A DNA stretch of 64,000 nucleotides, taken from Cenococcum geophilum. Taxonomy: Eukaryota. The notes beneath the pieces were generated by a model, which saw only the letters and a list, made by a program, of their open reading frames with translations, was not told where the DNA came from and did not search any database. Each line of letters opens with the position of its first letter. Within the stretch, counting starts at the first letter, position 1. The position numbers were made by a program, and so were the translations under genes. The stretch spans positions 30,814,001-30,878,000 of the forward strand of contig CP158635.1 of NCBI GenBank assembly GCA_050273025.1, written 5' to 3'. Shown one piece after another: positions 38,601-51,728 of this stretch.

Positions 38601-40164
38601 AGGCTTTCTCTTAGACATTATAATATTACTCTATTTAGGTAATTACCTTAATATAACCTCTGCCCTTTATACTCGTGAATATAAAAATTTATATTAACTA
38701 AGTTCTTGTTTTAATTTTCTAAGCTCCAATTCCATCTTCTAATTTTATAGTTTAATTGCTTTTGCTTTAGCTTCTATACGTAGAACCCAGGCTTTTTACT
38801 TGCGAATATTTAATTAGGATTGCTATAGCGTTAACTATTATAAGAATTAAGCTTATTAAGTAACAGTTATATAAATTAAGGACTATAAGCTACTCTTATA
38901 TTCTAGATATAGTTAGCTTATAAGCTAGATATATTAAGTATATATCTAAATAATCCTACCTAATAGTAAAATAGGCCTAGGAGAGAGCGAAACCTAACTA
39001 TTATTTAATGTTGTAATAGAGGAAACTAAAAAATATTAGCTTTATAGAATTTAGTAAGATTTAGAATATAATATACCAAAGCGAATAGAGGCAAGAGATT
39101 GTAAGCGAGATTTTAATCATACACCTTGCGAACTTCGTAATTGCGACTATAGGCGTATACTAGTTCTAGAAGATAATATATCTAATATAATATTATCAAA
39201 ATTAAAATCTTTATCCTCTTTAATACTTATAAATATAGTATTAGCTTTTCCTTTATTAGTACGGGCCTGTTTTCTTAATTTTTCTAGCTCTTTTAAAACT
39301 CGTAAAACTATAGAAGATTATATTAGCGATATATCCACATTAGAGCCATAATAAATTTATACATTACGCTTCTTTATTAGAGCTATTCTTTCGGCGATAG
39401 ATATAGTTCGCGATATATATAAAATCCCATGCTGATAATACGCCTTCCACGCTTTAAAATTAAAAACATTAATTCTTTATCTACTATAATCGTTACTATA
39501 ATACTATATTACGGATATATAAGATATACTAACATTAAAATAGCAGCTAAAAGGCTTAATTAACGCCTAAGATTATTTGCTCGAAAATGGGAGTATTTAA
39601 CGGCGTTTATATTCTTTACAATTATAGAGAATATATTACTGTCTATTTTATTACAATGTAAATTTATTCTAGATATAATATATATATATCGCTTATATTA
39701 ACACCAGTTTACGATTTTATAGTTATTACTGTACTTTTCTATAACCGTAAATATTAGAATATGGATATAGTATAGATTAATTAGGGATATAATATCTCTA
39801 TACCTTTAATCGCGTCTAAAATTTTGTAGTATTGCTTGTGGCTTATAGCCTCTATAATTAAAGCCATATATTGCCCAATACTATCTTAGCCTATATTTCC
39901 GGCTCTAATAACCTAACGAATACCACAAAGAATGTGGATTTGGCAATATATAATTGCAGACTTTATATAGCCCTACTAGGTCTGCGAGGGGTCAATATCT
40001 ACTAGGTAAAGGCCAAGCCCTAATATATTTTAGTAATATCTTTAATATATACGCATTATAAAATACCCGCCTCCCCTTTGCTCCTCCGTCCGTCGTCGCA
40101 AGGGCGCCGCCGGTTGTATACCCCCTAAAGACACGTCACCACGACGCTAGCTACCACAACCAAC

Positions 40165-40385
40165 GATTCCACCACAACCAGTCTGCCACAGAGCAGACGA
40201 CCCCCTCTATAACTGTCTGCCGCAGGGCAGACGACCTCCTCTACAACTGTCTGCCGCAGGGCAGACGACCTCCTCTACAACCAGTCTGCTGCAGAGCAGA
40301 CGACCTTTTACAACCAGTCTACAGCCGTTATACTGTAGACGACCTCTACTACAACCGGTCTACGGCTGTTGCGCTATAGGCAATT
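40165..40385. repeat. ~33-bp tandem array of hairpin units GTCTGC-N6-GCAGAC
   Basis: Four units of ACAAC(C/T)(A)GTCTGCCGCAGGGCAGACGACCTCCTCT-like sequence followed by two variants with longer stems (GTCTACAG...CTGTAGAC). Confidence 0.85.
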
Positions 40386-40614
40386 AAACTATAGAGGACC
40401 GCAGGCGTACCGTAGGCGCACCGTAGGCGTACCGCAGACGATGCACTGCTAGGGTAGCTATGGGGATAGGGGAAGGGAGCTGGCCCGTGTTACCATTAGC
40501 ACGTTAAATATAAGGTGTATAGGCGAATTGGTGTTTATACCCTATACAGACAACCTCGTGAAAATTTTCCTATGGGAGTGGGTTTATGTAACGAGGTTCG
40601 CCCTTATAAAATAC

Positions 40615-41110
40615 TATTAATAGCCTACTTTCGGGGAGAGTAGCTATTAATTACTAATTCCCTACCTATTTCTTTAGCAAGAAGGGGAAAATAGGTACAG
40701 AATAAAAAGTCGCTTAGGGGTAATTGGTAGCTACTTTTAAGCTAGTAAGCTATGTTGTTTCTCTTATTCTTATATGCAAAACTATAGGGAAAAAAATCTA
40801 TCTTTTAGAGCGCTTTTTCTACTTTAGAAACGGCAGAATACGGCAGAAATAGATAAAAGAGCTAGGATTTCTTTAGTGCGATTTTAGTATAAACTAGACA
40901 GTAGTGAGCAAAATACTAGGACAAGACACTAATAGGCTAGGAGCTCCCCCTAATATTTAAAACGGGCCAGAGTGTCCACTTAGCTACTAGTACATATTAA
41001 GCTGCCTAGGGAGGATTTATATATATAGAACTATAGCGCCATAGCCCAGAGGCTGTATGCGTAGTATTGTACGTAGTATAATACAATGGATATAAAAATA
41101 AAAATAAAAA
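40615..41110 (+). mobile_element. SINE-like element sharing its 3' tail with the ORF1-only LINE
   Basis: 40982-41095 is the near-identical reverse complement of the LINE 3' end (35955-36068), followed by an A-rich tail. Candidate TSD TATAAAATAC at 40605-40614 and 41111-41120. The 5' ~370 bp does not match the LINE copies. Confidence 0.7.
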
Positions 41111-43279
41111 TATAAAATACCTTTTACCTACGCCCTATTTATATCTATAAAAGCTATATAAAATCTACGTTTATGGATATAACTCTAATAAGTTAAATAG
41201 CCGCAATTCTTATATAAGCAGAATATAGTATAGAAAAGTTGTTAATATATCTCTGCTAATCGGCCTATAGCTTAGTTTACAAAAACTCTTATTAGTATAA
41301 TAACTATAGCCTTATTAGAATAAAGATATAACTGTAATATAACTGGGTTATATAATACCTTTATTAATTCTAGGGACATTTATAGCAATTACAACCTTAT
41401 CTAGCCTAGCTGTACCGACTTATTTAAACGATATATTAATTTTAAACGTTTTTAACGTTAATAGTATTTCTACCTAGCCTTTTTAAAAGCATATAATTAT
41501 TAGCTTACTATTTTTATAGAATATATCTTATATATATCTAGGACCAGTTTTATAATACAGATGCTTTTTAAATATTATTAGGTGAAACCTAAGTAGATAG
41601 TTATATAGCCGTAAGATATAGGCGACCCTGGGGCAACCTAGGGGTGACTCGCCCGTAAGGCACGTACTCTATATATACCTAGGGAAAACCCTTCCTACCT
41701 CGCACATAGACTCCTCCTTTTCCCTTAAGGATTCGTCTCTATCTATATAATATACCTATTATTCTATTATTGGACTCCCTATTTATATCCTTACCTCACA
41801 TTTAAATCCTTACTAATCCCCTTAGGAGGATAGCCGGTTTAATTTTTCTATAATGCCTCTAAAAAGAAAACCGACGCCTATACCCGACGGTAATACGCTA
41901 GCGATGTAACCGCAGAACGCCTTAGGATCTAGTGTAGACGAAACCGCTAGAAGCATACTAGTAGTATCTAAGCTATTTTCCGAATCTTAAAACGATTAGA
42001 TATCTATAAATGCTAGAGACTAGTTTAATTTATACACCTAGGCTTAATAAGAGCTTAGTAAGGTTACTAGCGTCCTACCTAATACCGCTAATATAAAGGA
42101 GCTAGATAAGCTAGCTAAGAAAATAGCTAACTTATAGAGCATTATTGATTCAACAAAGCCCTCCTGTTGCCTCTTTAGTAAAGAGCACAAGTTACATGGC
42201 GAACGTATACGCCGAATAAATCTTAACGCCCTAGTTAAGAAGTCACTACCCGATATTAACGGTACTACTTAATAGCACTTTAACTAGTAGATCGCCGTAG
42301 TTAAGAACCAATTTAAGGTTAATAACGCTAACTATAACTATAAGCGACGCACGCGCTAGGCTATTAAAGGTCTTATAAAAGAGAAGATAATTACCTAACT
42401 AGTTCATCGCCGGTTAGGCACTAAGGATAAGGGTCCTTTACTATAGGACGAATTTAAGACTATAGTCTAAGACCAGATTAGGAACCCTATAGTGAGACGC
42501 TTTAATAACGCTATAATATACTATATAGCTGTTATAAAGGAGAACTAGAGGTTTAACGTCTTCCTAGCCTATATACGTAGCTTAGAGGACCTCTTCTTAT
42601 ATACCCCTTTTATTAATCCTAAATAATAGGTAGACTTTTAGTTCTTATATCTTCTAGCCCACCTATAAGCAGAGCTCTTCCGCCAGAACTTCGCCTAATA
42701 GGTAAGAACCGCTAAAGACCTCTTTAACGAAATCCACTATATAGAGTAATTGCTTAATATTATAAAGCTCGCAGAAGATCGCGTAAGTAGTAGCGGCAAA
42801 TTATCGCGTATAAAGCGCGGTTACAGTATAGGCTCTATAGACTTAGGCTTAGGAAACAGAACCTAAAAAGGGCAACGCTTTTCTAAGTAAACTCCTAGGG
42901 AGACCACCTAAAAGCTAGATGGCTTAGGAGACCCCCTAGACGCTAGTACTATATAGGCGAGTTAAAAGACCGTAGGCGGCCACTATAAGGAACACTAAAA
43001 GTGTTAGCGACTCAGTCAATCGAGGCACGAGCACGACAAGAGAGACGCGCAAGCCTGTACAATTGGTAGTCTATAAACGAGGATCTAAAGCTAGAGAAAG
43101 GAAAGGAGAAGAAGAGCAGCGCCGGTCGAAGTAGGGTTCTTTTATGCGGTCCTCTAGTCACGTGACCTCAAAGTTCTGCCAAGTTCTGCCAGTCAAGTTC
43201 TGCCAAGTTCTGCCAGTGCCGTAACATTACCCCCCCCTCCGCAAAAGCCTGCCCTCAGGCTTTGTATGTCCGTATTATG

Positions 43280-46200
43280 CCCATAGGGCGTTCCTATCTT
43301 TATGCTCTTCCGGTAGCTTATCATCTTTATTATGCCAGCATTCCATCCATTCGTCTAGGTACTTTGGCGGTCCCGGTTTATTAGGGTAACGGCTATAGAA
43401 TTCTTAAAGCTTATGGGGGCTGCTAATAAAGTTTTATATAGGGTACCAGGTAGGATCTGGGTCATAGCCTTTCCAACTAACGCGGTACTTTAGCATTTTC
43501 CTTACTAGCTTACAGGCCAGTATCTCTTTAATTTCCTATTTATTATCGCCACTGACTTAAATCGGCAGGGGGGGTTCGTTCTTTTGTCCAGGTAATAGGT
43601 CGTTCGCAGCCTTCCGTAGCTTATCCGGCGAGAAGATAGGGTAAACCTTGATTAAATCTGGGAGCTCTACTTTATACGAATTGCCTATTTTCTTAAGGAC
43701 CTTATACGGTCCTGCCATCTAATAATTGAGCTTACGGCTAGGCCGTTCCGTCTTCTAGTTCTTTATTATAACCCAAACCATATTACCTACGGTAAAGTCG
43801 GGCTCGCGCCTATACTTATTTACCTGCTGTTTTATTAATTTCTGGGCCTTTTCTAGGTTCGTACGGGCTACCGTCCAGGCTTCCTCTAAGCGCTTAGCGT
43901 ACTGCTGGGCTTCCTCATAAGACAGTTTCTCGCGTACGGTCTGTGGTCCTTCTGGCCTATCCCAGTTAAAGCTTGTTTGGGGTAGATACCCTATTTCTAG
44001 TTGGATAGGTGCAAATCCCGTAGAGTCGTGGGGTAGGGTCGCCTGGGCGTAGTCTATTAGAGGTAGCACTTCGCCCCAGTTATCTTAGAAGTAGTTAACG
44101 AAGGGCCGGAGTCTCTGGTCCAAGTATTGATTTATAATCTCCGTCTAACCATCTGTCTGGGGGTGGTACGCCGTAGAAAGCTTTAGCCTAATTCCTAGGA
44201 TCCGGGTAAACTCGTTCCAGAAAGCCGATATAAACTGCGGTCCGTGGTCCGATACAATAGTGTCTGGTAGTCCGTAAATTCGGTAGACGTAATGGATATA
44301 TAGTTAGGCCGCCTCTTTAGCGTCGATATTCTTATAATAGGGGATTGAGAATGGGCGCTTGCCAAAGCGGTTAACTAGGATTATAACCATATCATATCCG
44401 TCGCGGTCTGTAGGTAGCTCGTGAAAGTCTATAGAGATATGCTGCCAGGGGCGTTCTGGTATCGGGAGTGGCTTTAATAGTCCTAGGGTCTTATCTCGCG
44501 GAATTGTAGACCTACGGCAGTCGTTGCAGTTCCGTATATAGCGGTCAATGTCCATAACCATTCCGGGCCAGTAATATCGGTCACCAATAATTTTGCGGGT
44601 CTTATTCTTTCTAGGGTGGGCCGTAGAAACCTGGGCATATGCTTCGGTAATAAGCCGAGTCCGTAAGTTCTATTCCTCTGCTACTACTAGCCGTTCCTGA
44701 TGCTTAAGTAATCCGTTTTCAAGGGACCATAGGCTGGTAACGTTCTTTGCCTTTTCACGGTACTCCTGTAGAGAAGGGGCCGTACGGTTTGTCTGCAGCA
44801 ATTCGTCGATTAAGTCAAGTCCTAAAGGGTTAATAGGATATATCTTGGCGCCTGAGGAGTCTGTACCCAGTTCTGCCTATATCCGGGGGTCGAGGTGCTC
44901 TGGTCGTAGTAGTGTCTGGGTCCGTAATGAGATCTTCGCAGCCGTCTGGTCACCTAGGTCTTGTTCACGCCTTGTAAGAGCATCCGCACGGTTTATAGCG
45001 CCTGGTCTATATATAATCAAGAAGTGAAACTAAGATAGGATATCCGCCCAGCGTGCCTGCCGGGCCGTAAGGGCCTTAGTTGTTATGAAGTATTCTAGGG
45101 CCTTATGATCCGAAACTACCTTAATAGACTTAGGGGTCCCTTCTAGCTGTGCACGCCAGTGCTAGAAGCTAGAGATAATAGCCAGCATTTCTTTATCATG
45201 GATGTGGTAGTTCAGTTCGGCATCTATTATAGTCTTCAAATAGTATGCAATAGGGTGCCATTCTCCGTCCGGTTGCTTCTGGGAAAAAACACCGGCTATT
45301 GCGCCGTCTAAGGCATTAGTTTCTAACATCAAGGGCCGTTCTGGGTCAAAATAGGCAAGTAGGGGAGCCGATACCAGTCGTTTTTTAAGCTCAGTAAAGG
45401 CCTGCATACATATAGCGTCAAAGTAGAAGGGCTAGTCTTTCCTAGTAAGGCGGTTAAGAGGCCAGGCGATCCTGCTGTAATTCTTAATAAAGCGTCGGTA
45501 GAAGTTACAGAAACCTAAAAATGATTATACCCCTTTTACGGTCCGTGGGGGTGTCCACTGGTCAATTGCGGCCGTTTTTTCTGGGTCGGCCTCAATTCCG
45601 TCCGTACTAATAATAAAACCTAGGTACTTTGTACGCTTAACACTAAATTCTAACTTCTTAATGTCGGCCTGGAGGCCAGCTTCCCGAAGCCGTTGCAGGA
45701 CTTTATAGACATGCTCCTGATGCTCCAATTCATTCTCGAAGTAGATTATAATATCATCTAGGTAGGCTGTGCAGAAGTCGTCGAGGTAGTCAAATAGTAT
45801 GTCATTTATATACCGCTGATATGTAGCCGGTCCGTTAGTCAGCCTAAAAGGAAGCACTTTGCATTTATATGTTCCGTAACGGGTCCGAAATGTAGTAAGA
45901 TTCTCTAATCCAGGGTCCATTCTAATCCGGTGAAAAGCCTGACGGATATCAAGCTTTGTAAAGATCTTAGCTCTACTCATTCGGGCTAGAGTCTCGTCAA
46001 GTAAGGGCAGTGGATAGCGGTCCTTGCGGGTCATATTATTGAGTTTGCGGTAGTCGATACAGAAACGAAGTCCTCCATTTGGCTTCTTGGCAAAGAGAAT
46101 AGGTGAGTTAAAAGGGGCTTGGCTAGGCTTAATAAAGCCCTTGTCCAGGTTATCGATGAGGTACTGCTTTGTAGCCTGTAATTCGGCAGCAGACTGCTGA

Positions 46201-47370
46201 CGGAGGGGGCTATAGCCAAGGGTGTCCTCCTTGTCTGGCTCGATCTCGATCTTATAGTCGTACGGTCGGTGAGGCGGAAGCATGTCGGATGCTGCCTTAG
46301 AGAATACATCCTTGAATTTCTGGTGTTAATGAGGCAGTTTCTGTTCAACCAGCTCCTCATCCGTAAGCTCGCTTTCCTGTCCGCTAAGCTCGCTTTCCTT
46401 TTCCTCAATTATTCAATTGATTTTATATAAGCTGGTAGTAAAGGCAACGGTATCAGGTTGGACCAAGTTCCGGTAGAATCCTACGGCGCCAATGCAGCAG
46501 ATATTAACCGGGGGAAGGTCCGTAGGTTTCTTTACGGACTTTTGTCAGGCCGTATTTTGCGGTATAGAGTTTGTAATCTTCCTTAGCTCACGTTCCATTT
46601 TCCGTAAGTTGTCCTTCCAATCTATTAGTTCAGTATATCGTCCAATGTTCCTAGCTATCCTTTGTGGCTTCGTAGGGCCTAAGTTCTCCCTAGGGAACTT
46701 AGGTAGATCACTACTGACTTCTTAGGTCTCTTGTGCGGGTGGCGTAGTATAGGTAACCTGGGGGCGGCGTAGTATACGGATCCTTTGCGGATCAAGCTGT
46801 ACATCCTTCTCAAAAGCCTGGTCCCTACGCATTGCATCGGCCTGGTAAACGGGGTTTATCTGCGGCCGTACAAGGTTTTCCATTGTAATACTGATTTCTC
46901 TTACAAAGGAAGGCGTTAGGGGCATGGTTTCGGGCCAGAGAAGCTGTCTATTCCGTACGTTAAGCTGTAAGCCTAAATAGGCTAGCCATTTTCTTCCTAA
47001 GATTATATCATGGCTTCCAAGGTCCGTAATTAGGAAGGGGACGTTATACTGCCTTCGTCCGTCAACGCGGAGGTGGATCCGTAAGATAGTCGTAATAGGT
47101 GGCCCTATCCGTCCGTTATACCCGCGAATAGGAATAGGTTTGGGCAGTTCTTCAAGGGGTGCATTTAGAAATTCAGCCAGCTTTATAGCACACTGGGTGT
47201 CTATTAAGGCAAAGGCATTTGCTCTAGAGTCAGCTAAAGCAGAGGTTAAAACTTAATATCCATTGCGGAATAAAGTATAAGGGATAGTGCAGCTTCTTCC
47301 ACCAACTAGCCGACCCAGATCAACATGTGACATGTCGATTCCTTTTAACCCTAGAGAGGAGTCTTCCTCT
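43280..47370 (-). pseudogene. pol: Gypsy B pol: protease, RT, RNase H, integrase, chromodomain; fragmented by RIP stops
   Basis: ORF fragments: RT with LRFCIDYRKLN and YLDD (45525-46283), RNase H (45162-45407), integrase (44304-44561, 43755-44069). Chromodomain YRVSWKGYDPDPTWYP at ~43490-43440. Confidence 0.93.
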
Positions 47371-48460
47371 AGGGTTCCTCTTTTTCCGACTCCGTACTGT
47401 CCTCCTGAATTAACAGGACCTCATTTGTCTTCGCCGCTGTTGGGCAGTTCCTTACAAAGTGGTCTTTTTGGCCGCATGAAAAGCAAGCTCCTTGATTGCT
47501 AAGGGCTTGTCTATGGGGGTTACTGTAAGTAGGCCGAGTATATACCGGGCCCGCGGCAGGACTAGCTGCACGACTAGCTGCTGGGTTGACGGTAGGCTGA
47601 ACGGTTAGTGCCGCGGGAGTTGCGGTCCGTGTAGGGGTACTATTGGCTGTTCTTGTAGTGCTTGTGGTCTGGTTTAAAGAGTTCCTGGCTTTGTACCGCT
47701 CAGCACGTGCCTTAATTCGACGGAGGCCTTGGTTAATGGCCAGACAGTGGTCCGTAAGTACCTTTAGCGTCTGTATAGTAGTAAAAACTGGCAGTACGGC
47801 GCGCTGTAGGTCTAGGGTAAGTTTGTCAAAGAGGTCTGGCAGTAGGTCTTCATGGGGAATTTGGGCTTGGCCAGCTAGGTACAGAAAGCGGGTTTGGAAG
47901 GTTAAAAAGGTCTCCGTTGTTTTCATGTTCAGGCTTTTATAATCAAGGCGGGCGTTCTGTATCTTAAAGGGGTCCTCATAAACGGAAGACAAGTGGTTAA
48001 TCATTTCTTCTTTAGAGACAAAGGGGTCTGCGGAGTCTGCGGCGTATCGCGGACGTAGATGCGTCTGTGCGTCCCCGCCGGTACGGCCGAAGATGTAGGC
48101 CATTTTAGCTCGAGTAGTGGGGAAGTGGTCCGCATTGACTTCGAGCTTGTCTTGCAGTTGAAGCTTCCAATTGTTAAATGTAGGGTCGGTTCCGTCTGTA
48201 AGCAATGGGGGGTCCGCGACCTTCGCAGATCATGATGATGCGGTGCTTTGGGCTAGGGCCTCAAGGACCGTAGCAAGTCTGTCCAATAGGTCATCGCTAG
48301 AGGCAGAGGTGTCCCTAGTTTCCAGCAGTTCTCGTAGCCGTTCAATTTCGGCATTAGCTGCCGCAAGCTCCGCCTGGGGGGTTAAGACAGTTATTATTTC
48401 TTCATCTGAGGTATTTGAGGGTCCTGCAGCTGCTTTACTGGCTGCTGTGTTTCTTGGCAT
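47369..48460 (-). pseudogene. gag: Gypsy B gag (one in-frame stop at 48230-48232) with CCHC knuckle
   Basis: ORFs 48230-48460 and 47369-48205 are in the same frame; CFSCGQKDHFVRNC near the C-terminus. Confidence 0.9.
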
Positions 48461-49405
48461 GGTGGTACGGGTATTAGGTAATTCCGGGTAATTTCTTTAG
48501 GGGTTCTGGTCTGTGCGCGTCCGGTTCTTAGGGTTCTTTTCGTATTCCTTTCGTGTTCTGGGGGTTCTGTCCTGTCCTTATGGTCCTGGTAATGTCCTTA
48601 GGGTCCTGTTCTGTGTCCTTGTCCTTTTCGTAGCCTTGTAGATATATTTGAGTTCCTTCTCAGGAAGAAAGGGTAAGATGAGCTTTAGATAATGTTAGCG
48701 ACTTAGTCAATCGAGGCACGAGCACAACAAGAGAGACGCGTAAGCCTGTATAATTGGTAGTCTATAAACGAGGATCTAAAGCTAGAGAAAGGAAAGGAGA
48801 AGAAGAGCAGCGCCGGTCGAAGTAGGGTTCTTTTATGCGGTCCTCTAGTCACGTGACCTCAAAGTTCTGCCAAGTTCTGCCAGTCAAGTTCTGCCAAGTT
48901 CTGCCAGTGCCGTAACAAAAAGTAGGCTAATAAAGAGAAGTTAGCTTAGGCTTTGGAAAACCTAAAGCCCTAGTAGCGCATCTCTCTTAACTGCAACTAG
49001 GGCCTAATATAGAGGGAGAGAAGAAACGTATTATAGTATATATTATAATAGATACGCCCTAGGGCAAAGTCCGCCTACGTGCTTTATACGACAATAGGTA
49101 CTAAATTAACCTTATTAATTAAGATATCGTCTATAGGTTTAACCTGCCTATATGCTACGCGCTACGTTTATATAAACCTATTATACGTTTTCTTAATAGC
49201 AACTAGATAATAATCTAAAATGCTTATAATCTAACGGTTACTACTAGTGACTCCTAGGGTACCTCTCGCACTATTAGCCCGCAGACCTTTTAGGGCGGCT
49301 TATTTAATGGTTATAATATAGTTCTTAAATAGGATTAGCTTACGGAAGCAGATCTATTAATTAGCTTCTATTCTGGATAGTTTATCTAGGGTACTTTAGA
49401 CCCTA

Positions 49406-51728
49406 CATCGGGAAAATATTCGCAGGATAAGATTTAAGTAGACTTTGATTTTCGCGTTTCGCGTAATTAACATGCAATTTGACTAACTTGACACGCAATT
49501 AACCAACTTGACACGCATTTGACTAACTTGACACGCAATTTAACCAACTTAACACGCAATTGACCAACTTAACACGTAATTCGACCAACTTAATACGCAA
49601 TTAACTAACTTGACACGCAATTTAACCAACTTAACACGCAATTAACACGCAATTGACTAACTTAACATATTTAAAAGTTAAATAATACGCAGTTAACCTA
49701 CTTAGCAACTTTAAAAGGTAACTGTATATTTCTTGACATACAATTAAGGTAAAGTTATATGCTATATATTTAACTATTATATATTATCTAATATAATCTT
49801 ATATAATCTTATATAGTCTTATTACTTAGAGGCTCTACACGAGGCTCTGCACGAGGCTCTACACAAAGCTCTACACGAAGCTCTACACGAAGCTCTGCGT
49901 ACAGAGGCTCTGCACGAAGCTCTGCGCATAGAGGCTCTACACGAAGCTCTGCGCATAGAGGCTCTGCACGAAGCTCTGCACGAAGCTCTGCACGAAGCTC
50001 TACGTACAGAGGCTCTGCACAAGGCTCTGCGCGAGGCTCTGCGTACGGAGGCTCTGCACGAAGCTCTGCACGAAGCTCTGCACGAGGCTCTGCGCGAAGC
50101 TCTGCGTACGGAGGCTCTACACGAAGCTCTGCACGAGGCTCTGCGCGAAGCTCTGCATACAGAGGCTCTACACGAAGCTCTACACGAAGCTCTATACGAA
50201 GCTCTACGTACAGAGGCTCTGCACAAGGCTCTGCGCGAAGCTCTGCGTGAAGCTCTGCGTACGGAGGCTCTACACGAAGCTCTGCATCGGGTCCCCGCTA
50301 TATTCCCGATAGCGTCTACACGTGTCTCTGCCTATGTAGCCGCCTTATTTTTTACCCTTCCTTCCTTCCTTATATCCTCCCTACCTAGGGAGGTACTAGA
50401 ACGGCAGCCAGCAGAGGACCGTTGCTAGAACTAGATGACTATCGCTAGAACTAGACGACCGTCGCCAGAACTAGATGACCGTTACCAGAACCAGACGACC
50501 GTTACTAGAACTAGACGACCGTCGCTAGAGCTAGACGACCGTCGCTAGAACTAGACGACCGTCGTCAGAGCTAGACGACTATTGCCAGAGCTAGACGACC
50601 GTTGCTAGAACCAGACGACCGTCGCTAGAACTAGATGACCGTCGCCAGAACTAGACGACCGTCGCTAGAACCAGACGACCGTCGCCAGAACTAGACGACT
50701 GTCGCTAAAACCAGACGACTATCGCCAGAGCTAGACAACTGTCGCTAGAACCAGACGACCGTCGCCAGAACTAGACGACCGTTACTAGAACTAGACGACC
50801 GTTGCTAGAACCAGACGATCGTCTCTAGAGTTAGACGACTGTCGCCAAAACTAGACGACTGTCGCTAGAGCTAGACGACCGTCGCTAGAACTAGACGACC
50901 GTCGCCAGAACCAGACGACCGTCTTTAAAGTTAGACGACTATCGCTAGAACCAGACGACTGTCGCCAGAGCTAGACGATAACGACTAGCCAGCGAACACT
51001 ATAAATGATTTGATCGATTGATTGAATCAAGGTAGCATAGACAGGTAGGCACAAATAGGGAGATACTGACGGGTAGGCAGATGCAGATAGGTAGGTAGAT
51101 ATAGATAGGTAAGCAGATATAGACAGGCAAGTAGATGTAGATAGGTAGATAGATATAGATAGGTAAGCAGATATAGATAGGTAAGTAAATGCAGATAAGT
51201 AGGCAGATATAGATAGGTAAGCAAATGCAGATAGGCAAGCAGATGTAAATAGGTAGGCAATGTAGACGGGTAAGTAATGTAGATAGGTAAGTAGATATAG
51301 ATAGGTAAGTAGATATAGATAGGTAAGTAGATGTAGATAGGCAAGTAGATATAAATAGGTAGGCGATGCAGACAGGTAGGCAATGTAGGTAGGTAGGTAA
51401 GTCAATAGGTAGATAGGTAGAAGAGAACCATCGCTATATTATATTAAATTATCTAAAATAATAATATTTATTTTGCTAGCCTTATAAATAGCTTTAAAGT
51501 AGCTTTTATTTATTTAAAATATGCTATTAGTATAAAAGAGGTAAATATAATTATAGTTGCTAAATGCGTAGATTGCTGGTAGGTTACGCGCAGGTTGCGC
51601 ACAGGCTGCGTGTCAAAAAAACACGACATAGGCTAGTCGGTCGAGTTGCCAAATGACCTTAACTGCGCGCCAATTGCGTCAACCACCAGCCATTAAGGCC
51701 ATTGAAAGGGTACTATATTTTCCCGATG
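49406..51728 (-). mobile_element. Second, inverted and uninterrupted copy of the CATCGGG TIR element (2323 bp), inserted in Gypsy A pol
   Basis: 14-bp TIR CATCGGGAAAATAT at both ends; TSD TA (49404-49405, 51729-51730). Same arrays plus 20-bp subterminal repeats AACTTGACACGCAATT (49480-49660). Confidence 0.92.

Larger units (their letters stand above)
43002..48917 (-). mobile_element. Ty3/Gypsy chromovirus B, lightly RIPed, nested in Gypsy A
   Basis: 225-bp LTRs 43002-43226 and 48693-48917 differing by about 4 transitions; TSD AAAAG (42997-43001, 48918-48922); PPT (C run on + strand) at 43230-43237. Confidence 0.96.

Noticed and set aside
40165..40385. CRISPR-like array of palindromic repeats
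   Set aside because: Linkers are near-identical rather than unique spacers, there are no cas genes, and the context is fungal.
44845..48491. Plus-strand ORFs within Gypsy B, and similar antisense ORFs at 28936-29205, 36553-36819 and 37006-37191
   Set aside because: Antisense shadows of gag/pol, YR or LINE ORF1 with no recognisable domain.
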